Source of the DNA: an uncultured Desulfatitalea sp.
GTDB lineage: Bacteria; Desulfobacterota; Desulfobacteria; Desulfobacterales; Desulfosarcinaceae
DNA length: 64,000 nucleotides
Assembly (NCBI GenBank): GCA_963668675.2
Contig: CAXXMB010000001.1
Span: 1,408,001-1,472,000 of the forward strand
Reading direction: 5' to 3'
Part shown: piece after piece, positions 28,104 through 38,689 of the stretch
How positions within the stretch are numbered: the first letter of the stretch is position 1
Layout of the letters: each line of letters opens with the position of its first letter
Notes under the pieces: model-generated
Database searches by the model: none
Seen by the model: only the letters and a program-made list of their open reading frames with translations
Told to the model about the DNA's origin: nothing
Translations under genes and position numbers: made by a program

Positions 28104-29054
28104 TCATGCATATTCTGCATATTCATAGATGGTTGCCGCCAGCAGTGGTATCATGAGCTCATGGTGCCCGGTGATAGCAATACCACGTCCGCTTTGTTGC
28201 ACCGGTCGCTGCACGACATTGACGGTCGGTCGGTAGTGTTGAAACATGTCGAAATTGGCCGTCATGAAATCGATAGGCCCTTCGCTCAAGTTGCGCGCAA
28301 CTGCAAGGGCTTTCAAAAAGACTTCTGGCATGATGACGGCACTGCCGAGGTTCAAAACAACCCCCCCCTGCCCCAATTCGGTGACGGTTGCGGCCAGTAT
28401 CCGAAAATCGCGCAAAGATGCCTCTCCAATCGCCGCCCCGTCAGCAGTAGGGTGCTGATGGACAATGTCCGTGCCCAGAGCCACATGCAGCGTATAGGGG
28501 ATCTTCATCCGATGACAGGACGCCAGCAGGGCCCGCTCCAAATAAGGGGCATTCAGCTCCCTCAGGGTGGCACCGACCGCCTCTCCGAATCCCTCCCCCG
28601 TGCTGACCGCTCGACTGGCGGCACGGTTGATTAAATCGGCGGTGTCCGCGGCCATTCCGAATGAGCCATCGATGAGTTGCGCCGCCACGTCCTCTGAGGT
28701 GTGACCGCAACAGGCCAGCTCCGTATCATGAACGGCAGCGCTGCCGTTGGATGCAAAATGAGAAACGAACCCCTTGGCGGCCAGATCCGCCAGTATCGGA
28801 CCACATCCGGTTTTGATCACATGCCCGCCCATCATAACGATGACCGGCTTGGCGTTCACTTTGGCATCGACAACGGCTCTGGCAACGGCTTTTAGGTCAT
28901 CGGCTTTCAAAACAGACGGCAGACATTCCAGAAACTGCTTGAACGACAAACCGGCCCTTGGCGGCCGGCCCTCTATCGCGATTGTCACTTTGGAAGAGCG
29001 ATTTGCGGCCTTATATGTTTTCAGGGCGGAGAGATCCACCTCTTTGTATGGCAT
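28104..29054 (-). CDS. Conserved hypothetical protein, probable deoxyhypusine-synthase-like fold
   Basis: MMGGHVIKTG, HDTELA..G.TSEDV, GSAVIMPEVFLKAL, HYRP, GHHELMIPLL; AGGAG SD before ATG 29054; fold assignment recalled, unverified. Confidence 0.6.
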   Translation of the reverse strand: MPYKEVDLSALKTYKAANRSSKVTIAIEGRPPRAGLSFKQFLECLPSVLKADDLKAVARAVVDAKVNAKPVIVMMGGHVIKTGCGPILADLAAKGFVSHFASNGSAAVHDTELACCGHTSEDVAAQLIDGSFGMAADTADLINRAASRAVSTGEGFGEAVGATLRELNAPYLERALLASCHRMKIPYTLHVALGTDIVHQHPTADGAAIGEASLRDFRILAATVTELGQGGVVLNLGSAVIMPEVFLKALAVARNLSEGPIDFMTANFDMFQHYRPTVNVVQRPVQQSGRGIAITGHHELMIPLLAATIYEYAEYA

Positions 29055-29309
29055 AGTTGGCTCCTGTGAAAGTTGCATAGCTATTGAATCGGTATCACCA
29101 TTTACGCTTACTATGCACCTGGCATTTTTTTCAAGAGTATCGCTCTTATAGTATGCCATCCAATAGTTGGCAACGAATATCCCCGGCGGGCGATATCCGC
29201 TTTTTCCGTTGACGAACTATCAATCCAGGACCACTCTTCGAGGCCAATTGCCTGCTGTCATTTACAAACGAACGGCCATGGGTTAAATACGGGGCACCTC
29301 TCATGGCCA

Positions 29310-31100
29310 ATGACCATAGCAAAGATAAGATCAAAGGATAATTGGGTGAAGCCAACTTTCAAAATAAAAATCAAAGAGCGACACAGACGAATTCTGGCCT
29401 TGATAAAGAAAAATGTCGGACGTCTGGTTTTTGCCGGTGTGTGCAGCATCATGATTTCGAGCGCCACTAGTGCCTCGGGATATCTGATTAAACCGGTGAT
29501 CGACGACATCTTCATGAACAAGAACACTGCCGGCCTGGTCGTGTTGCCATTGGCGATACTGTTCGTATTTCTGTTCAAGGGTCTGGGGCAATACGGCCAC
29601 AACTATTTCATGAACTATGTGGGCGAGGATATCATCCGACAGCTGCGCAACCACCTCTACAGCCGGATTCAGGACCTGCCGATCTCTTTTTTTCAAAAAG
29701 AGCGCACCGGCGTGCTAATGTCCAGGATCACAAATGATGTCAATGTATTGAAAAGCATGGTCTCCACCGCGGTTTCCGGTATGTTGCGTGACACGACCTC
29801 CATCATTGGTTTGACGGGCGTCATTCTCTATCTGAACTGGCGCATGGCGATCCTCGCCTTTATCATACTGCCGGTGGCGTTCTATCCGGTCTTCATTCTC
29901 GGACGCCGCGTCCGCAAAATCAGTACGGGCTGCCAGGAAGCGATGGCGGAATTGACTGCATTTCTGCATGAAACGTTGGCCGGCACAAAGATCGTCAAGG
30001 CGTTCGGAATGGAGGCGCATGAAAAAGCCCGGCTGTTCGAAAAAACCCGGGAACTGTTCAATCTTGAGATCAAAGGTGTCAAAATCCGCGCCATCTCTTC
30101 GCCGCTCATGGAGGTGTTTGCAGGGATCGGCATTGCATTTGTCATTTGGTACGGTGGATGGGAGGTGATCAAAGGAAAAACCACTCCCGGCGCTTTTCTC
30201 AGTTTCCTGACCTGTGTGATTTTGCTCTACGAACCGGTCAAAAAACTGAGCCAGTTAAACAACGCCATCCAACAAGGGCTGGCCGCCACCGACCGCATCT
30301 ATGACGTCATAGAGACGCAGTCCGACATCGGCGAACCGTCCGATCCACACCCCATCAGGGAGGGTGCTCACAGCATCCAATTTAATAAGGTGCAGTTCAA
30401 TTACGGCGACAAACCGATCCTTAAAGGCATCGATTTGAACATCGAGCATGGCAACGTACTCGCCCTGGTGGGGATGAGCGGGGGCGGTAAAAGTACGATT
30501 GCCAATTTGATTCCCCGCTTTTTCGACGTCACCGGGGGTTCGATCTGCCTGGATGAGATCGATATAAAGAATTTCAGGGTTGCCGATCTGCGCAGACAGA
30601 TCGCCATCGTCACACAAGAACCGATCCTGTTCAATGAGACGGTCCGCGACAACATATTGTACGGCAACCCCAAAGCCGGGCAAGAGGAGATCCAGGCGGC
30701 CGCCCAAGCCGCCTACGCCCACGATTTCATAGAGCGTTTTCCCAAGGGGTACGACACCGTCATCGGAGAGTTGGGAGGGCGGCTTTCCGGAGGCGAGAAG
30801 CAACGCATCTGCATCGCCCGCGCGCTACTGAAGGATGCCCCCATTCTGATACTCGACGAAGCCACCTCGGCCCTGGACTCCGAAGCCGAAGGCGTTGTTC
30901 AGAAAGCGTTGGAAAATCTGATGCACGGCCGCACCACCCTGGTGATCGCACACCGGCTCTCCACCATTGCCGGGGCAGACCAGATTGCCGTGGTCGTCGA
31001 CGGACGGATCGTCGAGACAGGCACCCACGGTGAACTTCTAAGCAGTGGCGGGGAGTATGCCAAACTATATGCAATCCAGTTTCCCGGGAAAAACAACTGA
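29310..31100 (+). CDS. msbA: Lipid A export ABC transporter
   Basis: TM domain plus GMSGGGKST, LSGGEKQR, LILDEATSALD, IAHRLST; LPS context; start uncertain. Confidence 0.88.
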   Translation: MTIAKIRSKDNWVKPTFKIKIKERHRRILALIKKNVGRLVFAGVCSIMISSATSASGYLIKPVIDDIFMNKNTAGLVVLPLAILFVFLFKGLGQYGHNYFMNYVGEDIIRQLRNHLYSRIQDLPISFFQKERTGVLMSRITNDVNVLKSMVSTAVSGMLRDTTSIIGLTGVILYLNWRMAILAFIILPVAFYPVFILGRRVRKISTGCQEAMAELTAFLHETLAGTKIVKAFGMEAHEKARLFEKTRELFNLEIKGVKIRAISSPLMEVFAGIGIAFVIWYGGWEVIKGKTTPGAFLSFLTCVILLYEPVKKLSQLNNAIQQGLAATDRIYDVIETQSDIGEPSDPHPIREGAHSIQFNKVQFNYGDKPILKGIDLNIEHGNVLALVGMSGGGKSTIANLIPRFFDVTGGSICLDEIDIKNFRVADLRRQIAIVTQEPILFNETVRDNILYGNPKAGQEEIQAAAQAAYAHDFIERFPKGYDTVIGELGGRLSGGEKQRICIARALLKDAPILILDEATSALDSEAEGVVQKALENLMHGRTTLVIAHRLSTIAGADQIAVVVDGRIVETGTHGELLSSGGEYAKLYAIQFPGKNN

Positions 31101-31109
31101 CCCACTCTT

Positions 31110-32252
31110 TTGGAAACCACATTGAGAGATTCAGATAATAACAATCGGAAAACCCGTCTCTGCTTTTTCAATACGACACGCCACTGGGGTGGAGGCGAAA
31201 AGTGGCACTTTGAGACCGCATCCTATCTTGCCTCACGCGGGCACATGGTCCTCTTTGTGGTCCGCACGGGAGGCGATCTCCATAAGCGATTGGCCAACCA
31301 CCAGGAGATTAAAGTGGTCCCTATCGCCGTTTCCAACCTCAGTTTCCTGAATCCTCTCAAACTTCAGAAGTTGACCAGGATATTTCGAGCCGAAAAGCCC
31401 CAAACCGTTGTATTCAACGGCTCTTTCGATGTTAAACTAGGAGCACCGGCGGCCAGGATGGCCGGTGTGTCGGCAACTGTATACAGGCGGGGGTTGGCCG
31501 TTCCGGTGAAAAATACCCTCTTCAACCGCTTCCTGTATGGCCGGCTGATCACTCATTTCTTAACCAACTCCGATGCAACCGCCCATATTCTCTTTGAATC
31601 TCTTGTCGTTTCCAACCACACTGCAAAAACGCGTACCATATACAATGGCATCGAGCTTGGACGCTTCAAGCCTCCTTGCAGAGATCTCTCCCAAAACGAC
31701 CACGGCTCAAAATTGATCATCGGCACGGCCGGTAGATTGGAAAGAGAAAAAGGCCATGAGCACCTGCTTGCCGTTGCTCGCAGATTAAAAGAGCGACAGA
31801 TGGATTTTAAGATTGTTATCGCCGGAGAGGGGAGCTACCGTCAGCATCTTGAGAATCAAATTCACAATTCAGGTTTGGGGAAGGAGATTGAACTGCTCGG
31901 GTTCGTACCTGATGTGGAAAGATTCATGCAGCAAATAGATATCTTCGCGTTTCCATCCCTGTGGGAAGGGTTTGGCTATGCCACGGCAGAAGCCATGGCA
32001 GCGTCCCGACCGGTGGTTGCGTTTGATGTCAGCAGCAACCGGGAAGTCGTCGAAAATGGCGTGACCGGCTTTCTTGTTCCCAGTGAAGATGCTGAGCGCT
32101 TTTCGGAAAAAATTCTTCAACTAGCAAAAGACCCGGAGTTAAGGTCACGGATGGGGCACAATGGCCGATCCCGTGTTTACCGGATGTTCGACCAGAAAAA
32201 ACAGCTTGGCAAGATTGAGAATTTCTTATGCAAAGATGTGCTTGGGCAATAG
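31110..32252 (+). CDS. GT4 glycosyltransferase (LPS core)
   Basis: WGGGE, GRLEREKG, PSLWEGFG...EAMA. Confidence 0.9.
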   Translation: METTLRDSDNNNRKTRLCFFNTTRHWGGGEKWHFETASYLASRGHMVLFVVRTGGDLHKRLANHQEIKVVPIAVSNLSFLNPLKLQKLTRIFRAEKPQTVVFNGSFDVKLGAPAARMAGVSATVYRRGLAVPVKNTLFNRFLYGRLITHFLTNSDATAHILFESLVVSNHTAKTRTIYNGIELGRFKPPCRDLSQNDHGSKLIIGTAGRLEREKGHEHLLAVARRLKERQMDFKIVIAGEGSYRQHLENQIHNSGLGKEIELLGFVPDVERFMQQIDIFAFPSLWEGFGYATAEAMAASRPVVAFDVSSNREVVENGVTGFLVPSEDAERFSEKILQLAKDPELRSRMGHNGRSRVYRMFDQKKQLGKIENFLCKDVLGQ

Positions 32253-32286
32253 TATATTAGGAACACCCTCCCCCTGCCCATGCTCT

Positions 32287-33189
32287 TTAATCGCCATCCG
32301 AATCGTTGACCGGCCTGTTCTTCCATCGCCGATGGACCCAAAGCCACTGCTCAGGATATTGGCGGATAATCTGTTCGAGTACACGATTGTACTGCTCGGT
32401 ATTGACTTGAACATCCTTTTCTTTATATTCGGTACGAATCACCGGAACTTCAGGAAGAATGTGGACGACAAATCCATCACCAGATCGTACCAGGAAGGTG
32501 GGAACGACCGGTGCGCCGATTTTCAACGCCAGCAGGGCCATCCCTTTGTTAGTGCACGCTTGGTGGCCGAAAAATCTTGCGAACACGCCGGCTGTCAAAC
32601 CGGAGTCCTGATCGAGTAAAATTCCTACGGAGTTGCCTCGTCTCAGTGCATCGAGTACTTTTCGCATCGACTTTTTTTTGGGAATCGGATGCCCGCCGAA
32701 ACGTTGTCGGTATTGGAGAAAAAACAGATCGGCAGGTTTAAAATCCAAAGGGCGATAGATCAAGCTGACATCGAACCCATTGGCAGTATAGCTTAGGGGC
32801 AGCAACTCCCAGTTACCCATATGAAGCGTCAGAATCAAGGCGCCCTTGCCTTTAGCGTGTGCCCTGCGAAGATGCTCCAACCCAATTACTTCGCACCGGC
32901 GCATGATCTCTTTCTCGCTCAATCGCAACGACCAACCGATCTCGAAAGGGATCCGGGTAATATTTCTGAACGACTGCTGTGCAATCTTTCTGATTTCGGC
33001 TTCGCTCTTCTCATCCGCATAGGCTCTGGCCAAATTGTCTAAAGCGACATTCCGATGGCGCCTGTCCAAAAGGTACCACAGATCCCCAAGCATATCTGAA
33101 AAGCGGATGGAGTGCCGCCAGGGGATCAGCCCTAAAAAATAGGCAAAACCATAAATAAAATGTGTGGCCGTTTTAATCAGAAGACTCAT
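32287..33189 (-). CDS. lpxL: Lipid A secondary acyltransferase (LpxL/HtrB family)
   Basis: HMGNWE, LLDQD, FFG, PEQWLWVHRRWK. Confidence 0.88.
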   Translation of the reverse strand: MSLLIKTATHFIYGFAYFLGLIPWRHSIRFSDMLGDLWYLLDRRHRNVALDNLARAYADEKSEAEIRKIAQQSFRNITRIPFEIGWSLRLSEKEIMRRCEVIGLEHLRRAHAKGKGALILTLHMGNWELLPLSYTANGFDVSLIYRPLDFKPADLFFLQYRQRFGGHPIPKKKSMRKVLDALRRGNSVGILLDQDSGLTAGVFARFFGHQACTNKGMALLALKIGAPVVPTFLVRSGDGFVVHILPEVPVIRTEYKEKDVQVNTEQYNRVLEQIIRQYPEQWLWVHRRWKNRPVNDSDGD

Positions 33190-34003
33190 CGTTCAACGAT
33201 TTTTTGGAGTGCAAGCTCGATAGGTTGCTCGGTTTGTCGGATCCGAGCACGTCCAATTCGTAAAGCTTGGCCTCTTTAAGAAATGAGGAGAAAGAGGAGC
33301 TGACAGCAATGATAAAACCTTGCATACCATCCAGAAAACCTCTCTTGACCAGATACATTTCCACGAACGTACTGACAGGCTTAACCAACAATCGCCATAA
33401 ATGGTAGCGTCTACCCTTTGCGTAGCGGGTCATGGCGACGATACTTGAAAACTTATTAATTGTACTGACTTGGTCAGAGAGATCTCTCGCTGTAAAATGT
33501 ATCAGGTCTCCTTTTATGCGCACTCCCTTTCCTTTGAGGATTAGCTTATCATGAGGGTTTTCCCCACCCCAAGAAGCCATCCCCCTGCGCACTAGTCTGT
33601 ACCGAGCGTTGGGATACCAACCACTGTGGCGAATATAGCGTTTAAGATGATAAGTTAAACGTGGGAATTTAGCTCCCACAGCATCATGGCTTTGACTCAG
33701 GAACTCTTTGATGGAGCAGGATAATTCAGGACTAACACGCTCATCCGCATCGAGGCATAGAACCCAGTCTGTCGTACATAGCTCAAGAGCCCTGTTCTTT
33801 TGTTCAATATGGCCATCGAAAGGATGCTGGTAAAAACGGACTTTAGGATTTGAACGGCATACTTGTTCAGTTGAATCGGTGCTGAATGAGTCCAGAACAA
33901 TGATTTCGTCAACGAAATCGCTCAGAGAATCCAGGCAATCCTGGATATTCTCCTCTTCGTCGTATGTAATTATGGCAGCTGATAGTGTCGGCTTTGTCGT
34001 CAT
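33173..34003 (-). CDS. GT2 glycosyltransferase (WaaE/KdtX-like)
   Basis: EIIVLDSFSTD, LDADE, GWYP, RGFLDG..GF. Confidence 0.88.
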   Translation of the reverse strand: MTTKPTLSAAIITYDEEENIQDCLDSLSDFVDEIIVLDSFSTDSTEQVCRSNPKVRFYQHPFDGHIEQKNRALELCTTDWVLCLDADERVSPELSCSIKEFLSQSHDAVGAKFPRLTYHLKRYIRHSGWYPNARYRLVRRGMASWGGENPHDKLILKGKGVRIKGDLIHFTARDLSDQVSTINKFSSIVAMTRYAKGRRYHLWRLLVKPVSTFVEMYLVKRGFLDGMQGFIIAVSSSFSSFLKEAKLYELDVLGSDKPSNLSSLHSKKSLNDESSD

Positions 34004-34367
34004 CGATTTGACCTGGTTCAAGCAAATAACAAACAAGATTTCAACCTTTTTTTAAATAGTTACAAAAAATCAGAATATTTGTAAATACCCATTCCGTGCT
34101 CCCTCTTAGGAGCAACAACGCATTCCTTCAATACATTTTGAAGAAAGGGTTTTAGTTTGTTATGTTTGCACGCCGTGATCGGAAATAATAGATAGCCGAC
34201 GCCGAAAGAAAAAAACACTATGGATACAGGTTGAACCACCTTTTCACCGAAAATGGTAACAGAGAAACGATAGGGCGAGAAGAAAGTCGCCTGAAAAGCT
34301 GTTTATGATACGTATGATACGACGGATGAACTTGTTCTTGAAAATCATATAGACCAGGGGTTAAAAG

Positions 34368-35456
34368 ATGCGAGCTCTTTGTGTGACCAATTACAGTGAT
34401 CGACCCGAAGCGGAAACTTTCATAGGATTGAATCGCCTTGGGGTTGACGTTCATGTCCTATGCCCCGATTCAGCCCCCCATTTTGAACGATTTGTCAACG
34501 CCGGTGTTCCCGTGCACAACCTGAAGATCAATGGGCGCATGGATCTGAAGGCCATTCGAACCATCCGACAGTTCCTTATCGAGAAGAGAATCGACATCCT
34601 TCACATGTTCAACAACCGGGCGGTTTCAAACGGCCTCTTGGCCTCCCTGCAACTGCCTGTATCAACTATCGCTTATAGGGGAACCGTCGGCAACGTCAGC
34701 TACTTCGACCCGGGGTCGTGGATGACCTATCTGAACCCACGCGTCGATCGTATTGTGTGTGTCTCCGAAGCGGTTCGCCAATATTTTCTAAACTTGAATC
34801 TGCTGGGTCACCGGTTTCCGCCCCATAAGCCGGTGACGATCTATAAAGGACACAGCCTGGAGTGGTATCGAAGCGAACCTGTTGACCTTACCCAATTCGG
34901 CATCTCCCATGACGACTTCGTTGTGGGGTGTACAGCCAATTACAGGCCACATAAGGGACTGCACGTGCTTATCGAATCGCTCAACCTCCTGCCCGGTGAG
35001 TTGCCGATCCACCTTCTACTGATAGGTGATATGCAAGCGCCTAAGCTGCTAAAACTCATTCACCGACATCCAAAGTCGGATCGCATCCATCTTGCAGGAT
35101 ATCGTACTGACGCGCCGGCCCTTCAGGCGGCCTGTGATACGGTGGTGCTGCCCGCGCTGCGACGCGAAGGCTTGCCAAAAGTCATTATCGAGGCAATGGC
35201 CTATGGTGTCCCCCCCATCGTCACCGATTCAGGCGGTAGCCCGGAATTGATCGAAAACGGAGTGAGCGGAATCGTAGTAAAGCCGGGAGATGCTCAAGAG
35301 CTTGCTCGGGCAATACAAAACTTAGCTGAAGATCCGCAAGGCCGCAGAACCATGGGCAACAGCGCCAGGGAGAGAATTGCAGCAGATTTCAAAATCGAAA
35401 CGACCATACAGCAGACCCTGCGGCTATATGATAGTTGTCTAAAGTGTGCTGTTTGA
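34368..35456 (+). CDS. GT4 glycosyltransferase
   Basis: HKG, REGLPKVIIEAMA, GGSPELIE. Confidence 0.9.
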   Translation: MRALCVTNYSDRPEAETFIGLNRLGVDVHVLCPDSAPHFERFVNAGVPVHNLKINGRMDLKAIRTIRQFLIEKRIDILHMFNNRAVSNGLLASLQLPVSTIAYRGTVGNVSYFDPGSWMTYLNPRVDRIVCVSEAVRQYFLNLNLLGHRFPPHKPVTIYKGHSLEWYRSEPVDLTQFGISHDDFVVGCTANYRPHKGLHVLIESLNLLPGELPIHLLLIGDMQAPKLLKLIHRHPKSDRIHLAGYRTDAPALQAACDTVVLPALRREGLPKVIIEAMAYGVPPIVTDSGGSPELIENGVSGIVVKPGDAQELARAIQNLAEDPQGRRTMGNSARERIAADFKIETTIQQTLRLYDSCLKCAV

Positions 35457-35852
35457 ATCGCCCCTTCCACCCTCAGGGTACAGTATAAAAAAGCCCACAT
35501 CTTCCGTTTTTCATTAGGGTTCAGGGCGGGTCGACGCTTCGAAGAGAACATAACGGACATTCCCGCAAAAGTGACTATCGCCGAATAAGGGTCTCCGGCA
35601 TGCATGGCCAGGTTGTTTAGCGTCGTAAAAATGGTGAAAAACTATGCGCTCTTCTCTCAACTGCGACCGATGTGTCTCTGCGAAAGGCCTGTGGTATAAA
35701 TCCACCTGAAAAACCTTGTTCTGGCATTAAAACGCTGCTAACCATCCCAAAAACACATATTGATCGTCATCGTGCAAATATACACAAAGTACGCCGGCCT
35801 TCAAGTCAGGCGATAGCTAACATAGAGCAACCTATAGGCAACTGCGAAACAG

Positions 35853-36890
35853 ATGAAAATCCTGCTGGTCCAGACAAGCTTTCTCGGTGATACAATCCTT
35901 TCAACACCGGTAATTTCTGCCATCAAATCGCTATATCCGGAAGCCGAATTGTGGATGATGACGACCCCCCTATCTGCGGATTTGGTAAAGGGGGATCCAC
36001 TGCTGAAGGGTGTCATTCCGCTGGATAAGCGGAAAAGCGACAGCGGTCTCATTGGAATGCTGAGCATGAGCCGCCGACTCAAATCGATGGCATTCGATCG
36101 CGCATACTCCCTGCACCGCTCCTACAGGACATCTCTGCTTTTGTGGCTGGCCCGCATACCGATGCGCATCGGATGTGCGGATGCAAAGGGACGATTTCTA
36201 TACCATCGCATTAAGAAACGCAATTTCGAGCAGCACGACGTCATTCGCAACATGTCGATTCTGGAGGGAGAGGTCGATCTTGATCCGGAGACAATACAGA
36301 TGAGGCTGTTTGCTCCAGGATGGCAGGCGATGGACAGCCGTTTGCGCCAAATCCTGCCGACACCCGGCAGCTATGCGGTCATGGCGCCCGGCAGTGCCTG
36401 GCGAACCAAGATGTGGCATTGGCAAGGGTTCAGAGCGGTTGCTGCCCACCTGTTGGAGCGGAACATCAAGGTCGTATTGCTCGGCGCCCTATCGGACCAA
36501 GCGGTGTGCGCCAAAGTCGCCAAAGATCTGCCCGTTATAGACCTTTCCGAAAAGACCCGCATTGCAGAGGCGATGACCATAGTCCAAAATGCACGGTTGA
36601 TGGTGTGCAACGACAGCATGTCCCTCCATATGGCCTCTGCGATGCACATTCCAACTGTGGTTGTTTTCTGCGCCACATCTCCGTCCTTCGGATACGGTCC
36701 GTGGAAAAATCGTGCGATTGTGATCGAACAAAAGAATCTGGACTGCAAACCTTGCCGGCGGCACGGGTCGGTTAAATGCCCCAACGGCACCGAGGCCTGC
36801 ATGCGGGGCCCCTCGCCGCAACTTGTGATTGAAGCCATTCATGCGCTGTTGAATGAAAAGAACTCTGACGATACTGCCGTAAAATTGTAA
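35853..36890 (+). CDS. GT9 heptosyltransferase (WaaF-like)
   Basis: SFLGDTIL, PGSAW.TKMW, NDSMSLHMASA, C.PC...C...CM. Confidence 0.88.
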   Translation: MKILLVQTSFLGDTILSTPVISAIKSLYPEAELWMMTTPLSADLVKGDPLLKGVIPLDKRKSDSGLIGMLSMSRRLKSMAFDRAYSLHRSYRTSLLLWLARIPMRIGCADAKGRFLYHRIKKRNFEQHDVIRNMSILEGEVDLDPETIQMRLFAPGWQAMDSRLRQILPTPGSYAVMAPGSAWRTKMWHWQGFRAVAAHLLERNIKVVLLGALSDQAVCAKVAKDLPVIDLSEKTRIAEAMTIVQNARLMVCNDSMSLHMASAMHIPTVVVFCATSPSFGYGPWKNRAIVIEQKNLDCKPCRRHGSVKCPNGTEACMRGPSPQLVIEAIHALLNEKNSDDTAVKL

Positions 36891-36930
36891 CGTCAAATAT
36901 AGGAACAGCGGTTTTAAGAGGTAAACCGGA

Positions 36931-37623
36931 TTGAACTCAACGCTACAATTTTCCCACAACGGTTTCACAGTGGGCAGCAGCTATCCGTTGACATCGAATC
37001 AGCTGGCACAAATGGTCGAGGTGTTTCAAACCCCGCCACAACCGGAAAATATACGGTTGGGAGGCAGAGTTTCGGTATGCCGAAAACAGCTTGAAGGCAT
37101 TGGGGCGGTAGTCGTCAAGCACTACCAAAGGGGTGGGTTGTTGGCGAACCTGATCACACGATACTACTTAAAGAGTGGAAAAACACGAAGTCAAATCGAA
37201 TTCGAAAATATGGAGCGTGTGCGGGCGATGGGTGTTAGGGTGCCGGAACCCGTTGCCTATGGGTACCGTGGTCGACTTTTCTACAGGGCCTGGCTGATCA
37301 CACGGGAAATAATGCACTCTCAAACCATGGTTGAATACAGCCTTGCCGAACCTACCAATCGTATTGCCAAAGCGATGGCCGCTCTTGACAATCAGATAAA
37401 CATCCTGGTGGAAAACCGAATCATGCATGCAGATTTTCACCCGGGAAACATTCTGATCGACAACAGGGAGCAGATCTATATCATCGATTTCGACAAGAGC
37501 GTTGTGGGCCGACACGATAGAGAAAACATAGCATTGCGCTACCGGAAGCGCTGGTGCAGGGCCGTGCAAAAGCATGGACTGCCTGAAAATCTGTGCACGT
37601 TAATGCAATCCAGAAAGGCATGA
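36931..37623 (+). CDS. kdkA: Kdo kinase family protein
   Basis: GGR, VVKHYQRGGL, R...EF, VPEPVA, HADFHPGNIL, IIDFDK. Confidence 0.75.
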   Translation: MNSTLQFSHNGFTVGSSYPLTSNQLAQMVEVFQTPPQPENIRLGGRVSVCRKQLEGIGAVVVKHYQRGGLLANLITRYYLKSGKTRSQIEFENMERVRAMGVRVPEPVAYGYRGRLFYRAWLITREIMHSQTMVEYSLAEPTNRIAKAMAALDNQINILVENRIMHADFHPGNILIDNREQIYIIDFDKSVVGRHDRENIALRYRKRWCRAVQKHGLPENLCTLMQSRKA

Positions 37624-37708
37624 GCCGAAAGCGGCCGACGAAACAGAACCTCTCCCCGGGAAGTTGCACCTCTCCTCACACCTGAATACGCCAGCTGTTT
37701 AACCACCT

Positions 37709-38683
37709 TCACTGTTGTGCTTTTTCCAAACAGGAATTCAAGACAGCCAGAACGCTTTCAGGCCGAATGGCCTCCATGCAATGGGGCTTGGAGCACACTC
37801 TCCTGTTGCAGGGAGCACATGCGACCTTGGCACGGATGACCTTGCCCCGGAACGGCCCTGTGCGATGATGGTCTGAAGGGCCAAATAAAGCGACCACCTC
37901 TCTCCCCAATGCCACGGCCAGATGCATAGGGCCGGTATCGCATGTGACGACCACCGTTGCTGCATCGATGAGATCAATCAGTTCGGGAAGCGATGTCTTC
38001 CCAACCCGGTTGTGAATGTCTCTGCCGGCAAGGGACTGAATGGTATCGGCCATGGCGACATCCTCCGGCCCACCCGTTAACACACACGGCATGCCGAGCT
38101 GCTGCCGAACCATTTGAGCCAAACGGGCAAAGCCATCTACCGACCATCGATTGGCCGGTTTGGTTGCGCCGATATTCAGGACCACGTACGCTCCCGGAAG
38201 TTGCCTGGATCTGTGCTCTCCTTTTGGAATGCACCACTCGACCCGCTCAGTCTGTATGCCAAGATGACGGGCAAAGTCCAAATATTGGTGCACCATATGG
38301 GCTCTGGGATCGGATGCAGCAACTCTTTCGAACGGCAACAACCATGTCAGCTCCTTGCAACGCCGTCTATCGAATCCGATTTTGCGCTTTGCTTTTGCGG
38401 CAGCACACATGAGTCCCGACTTCAGAATCCGCTGAAGGTCAAGCACCAAATCAAACTGTTGTGATCTCACCCGCTGCAGCAAAGTCGGAAGGGCTGAAAC
38501 GCCCCCCTTTCGATCGAAACGAATCACATGATCGACCGCATCGTGATCGGCCAGGATCGGGTAGCTTAAGGGGGCCGTTATCCAGTGTATGCGTGCATCA
38601 AGCCGCTGTTTCAGCACAATGGCCAAAGGGAGGGTATTGATTACATCGCCCAATGCGCCCAATTTTACGATCAGGATATCCAT
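37709..38683 (-). CDS. GT9 heptosyltransferase (WaaC-like)
   Basis: ILIVKLGALGDV, DLQ..LKS, DTGPMHLAVA, LFGPS...RTGP. Confidence 0.88.
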   Translation of the reverse strand: MDILIVKLGALGDVINTLPLAIVLKQRLDARIHWITAPLSYPILADHDAVDHVIRFDRKGGVSALPTLLQRVRSQQFDLVLDLQRILKSGLMCAAAKAKRKIGFDRRRCKELTWLLPFERVAASDPRAHMVHQYLDFARHLGIQTERVEWCIPKGEHRSRQLPGAYVVLNIGATKPANRWSVDGFARLAQMVRQQLGMPCVLTGGPEDVAMADTIQSLAGRDIHNRVGKTSLPELIDLIDAATVVVTCDTGPMHLAVALGREVVALFGPSDHHRTGPFRGKVIRAKVACAPCNRRVCSKPHCMEAIRPESVLAVLNSCLEKAQQ

Positions 38684-38689
38684 ATCTGC

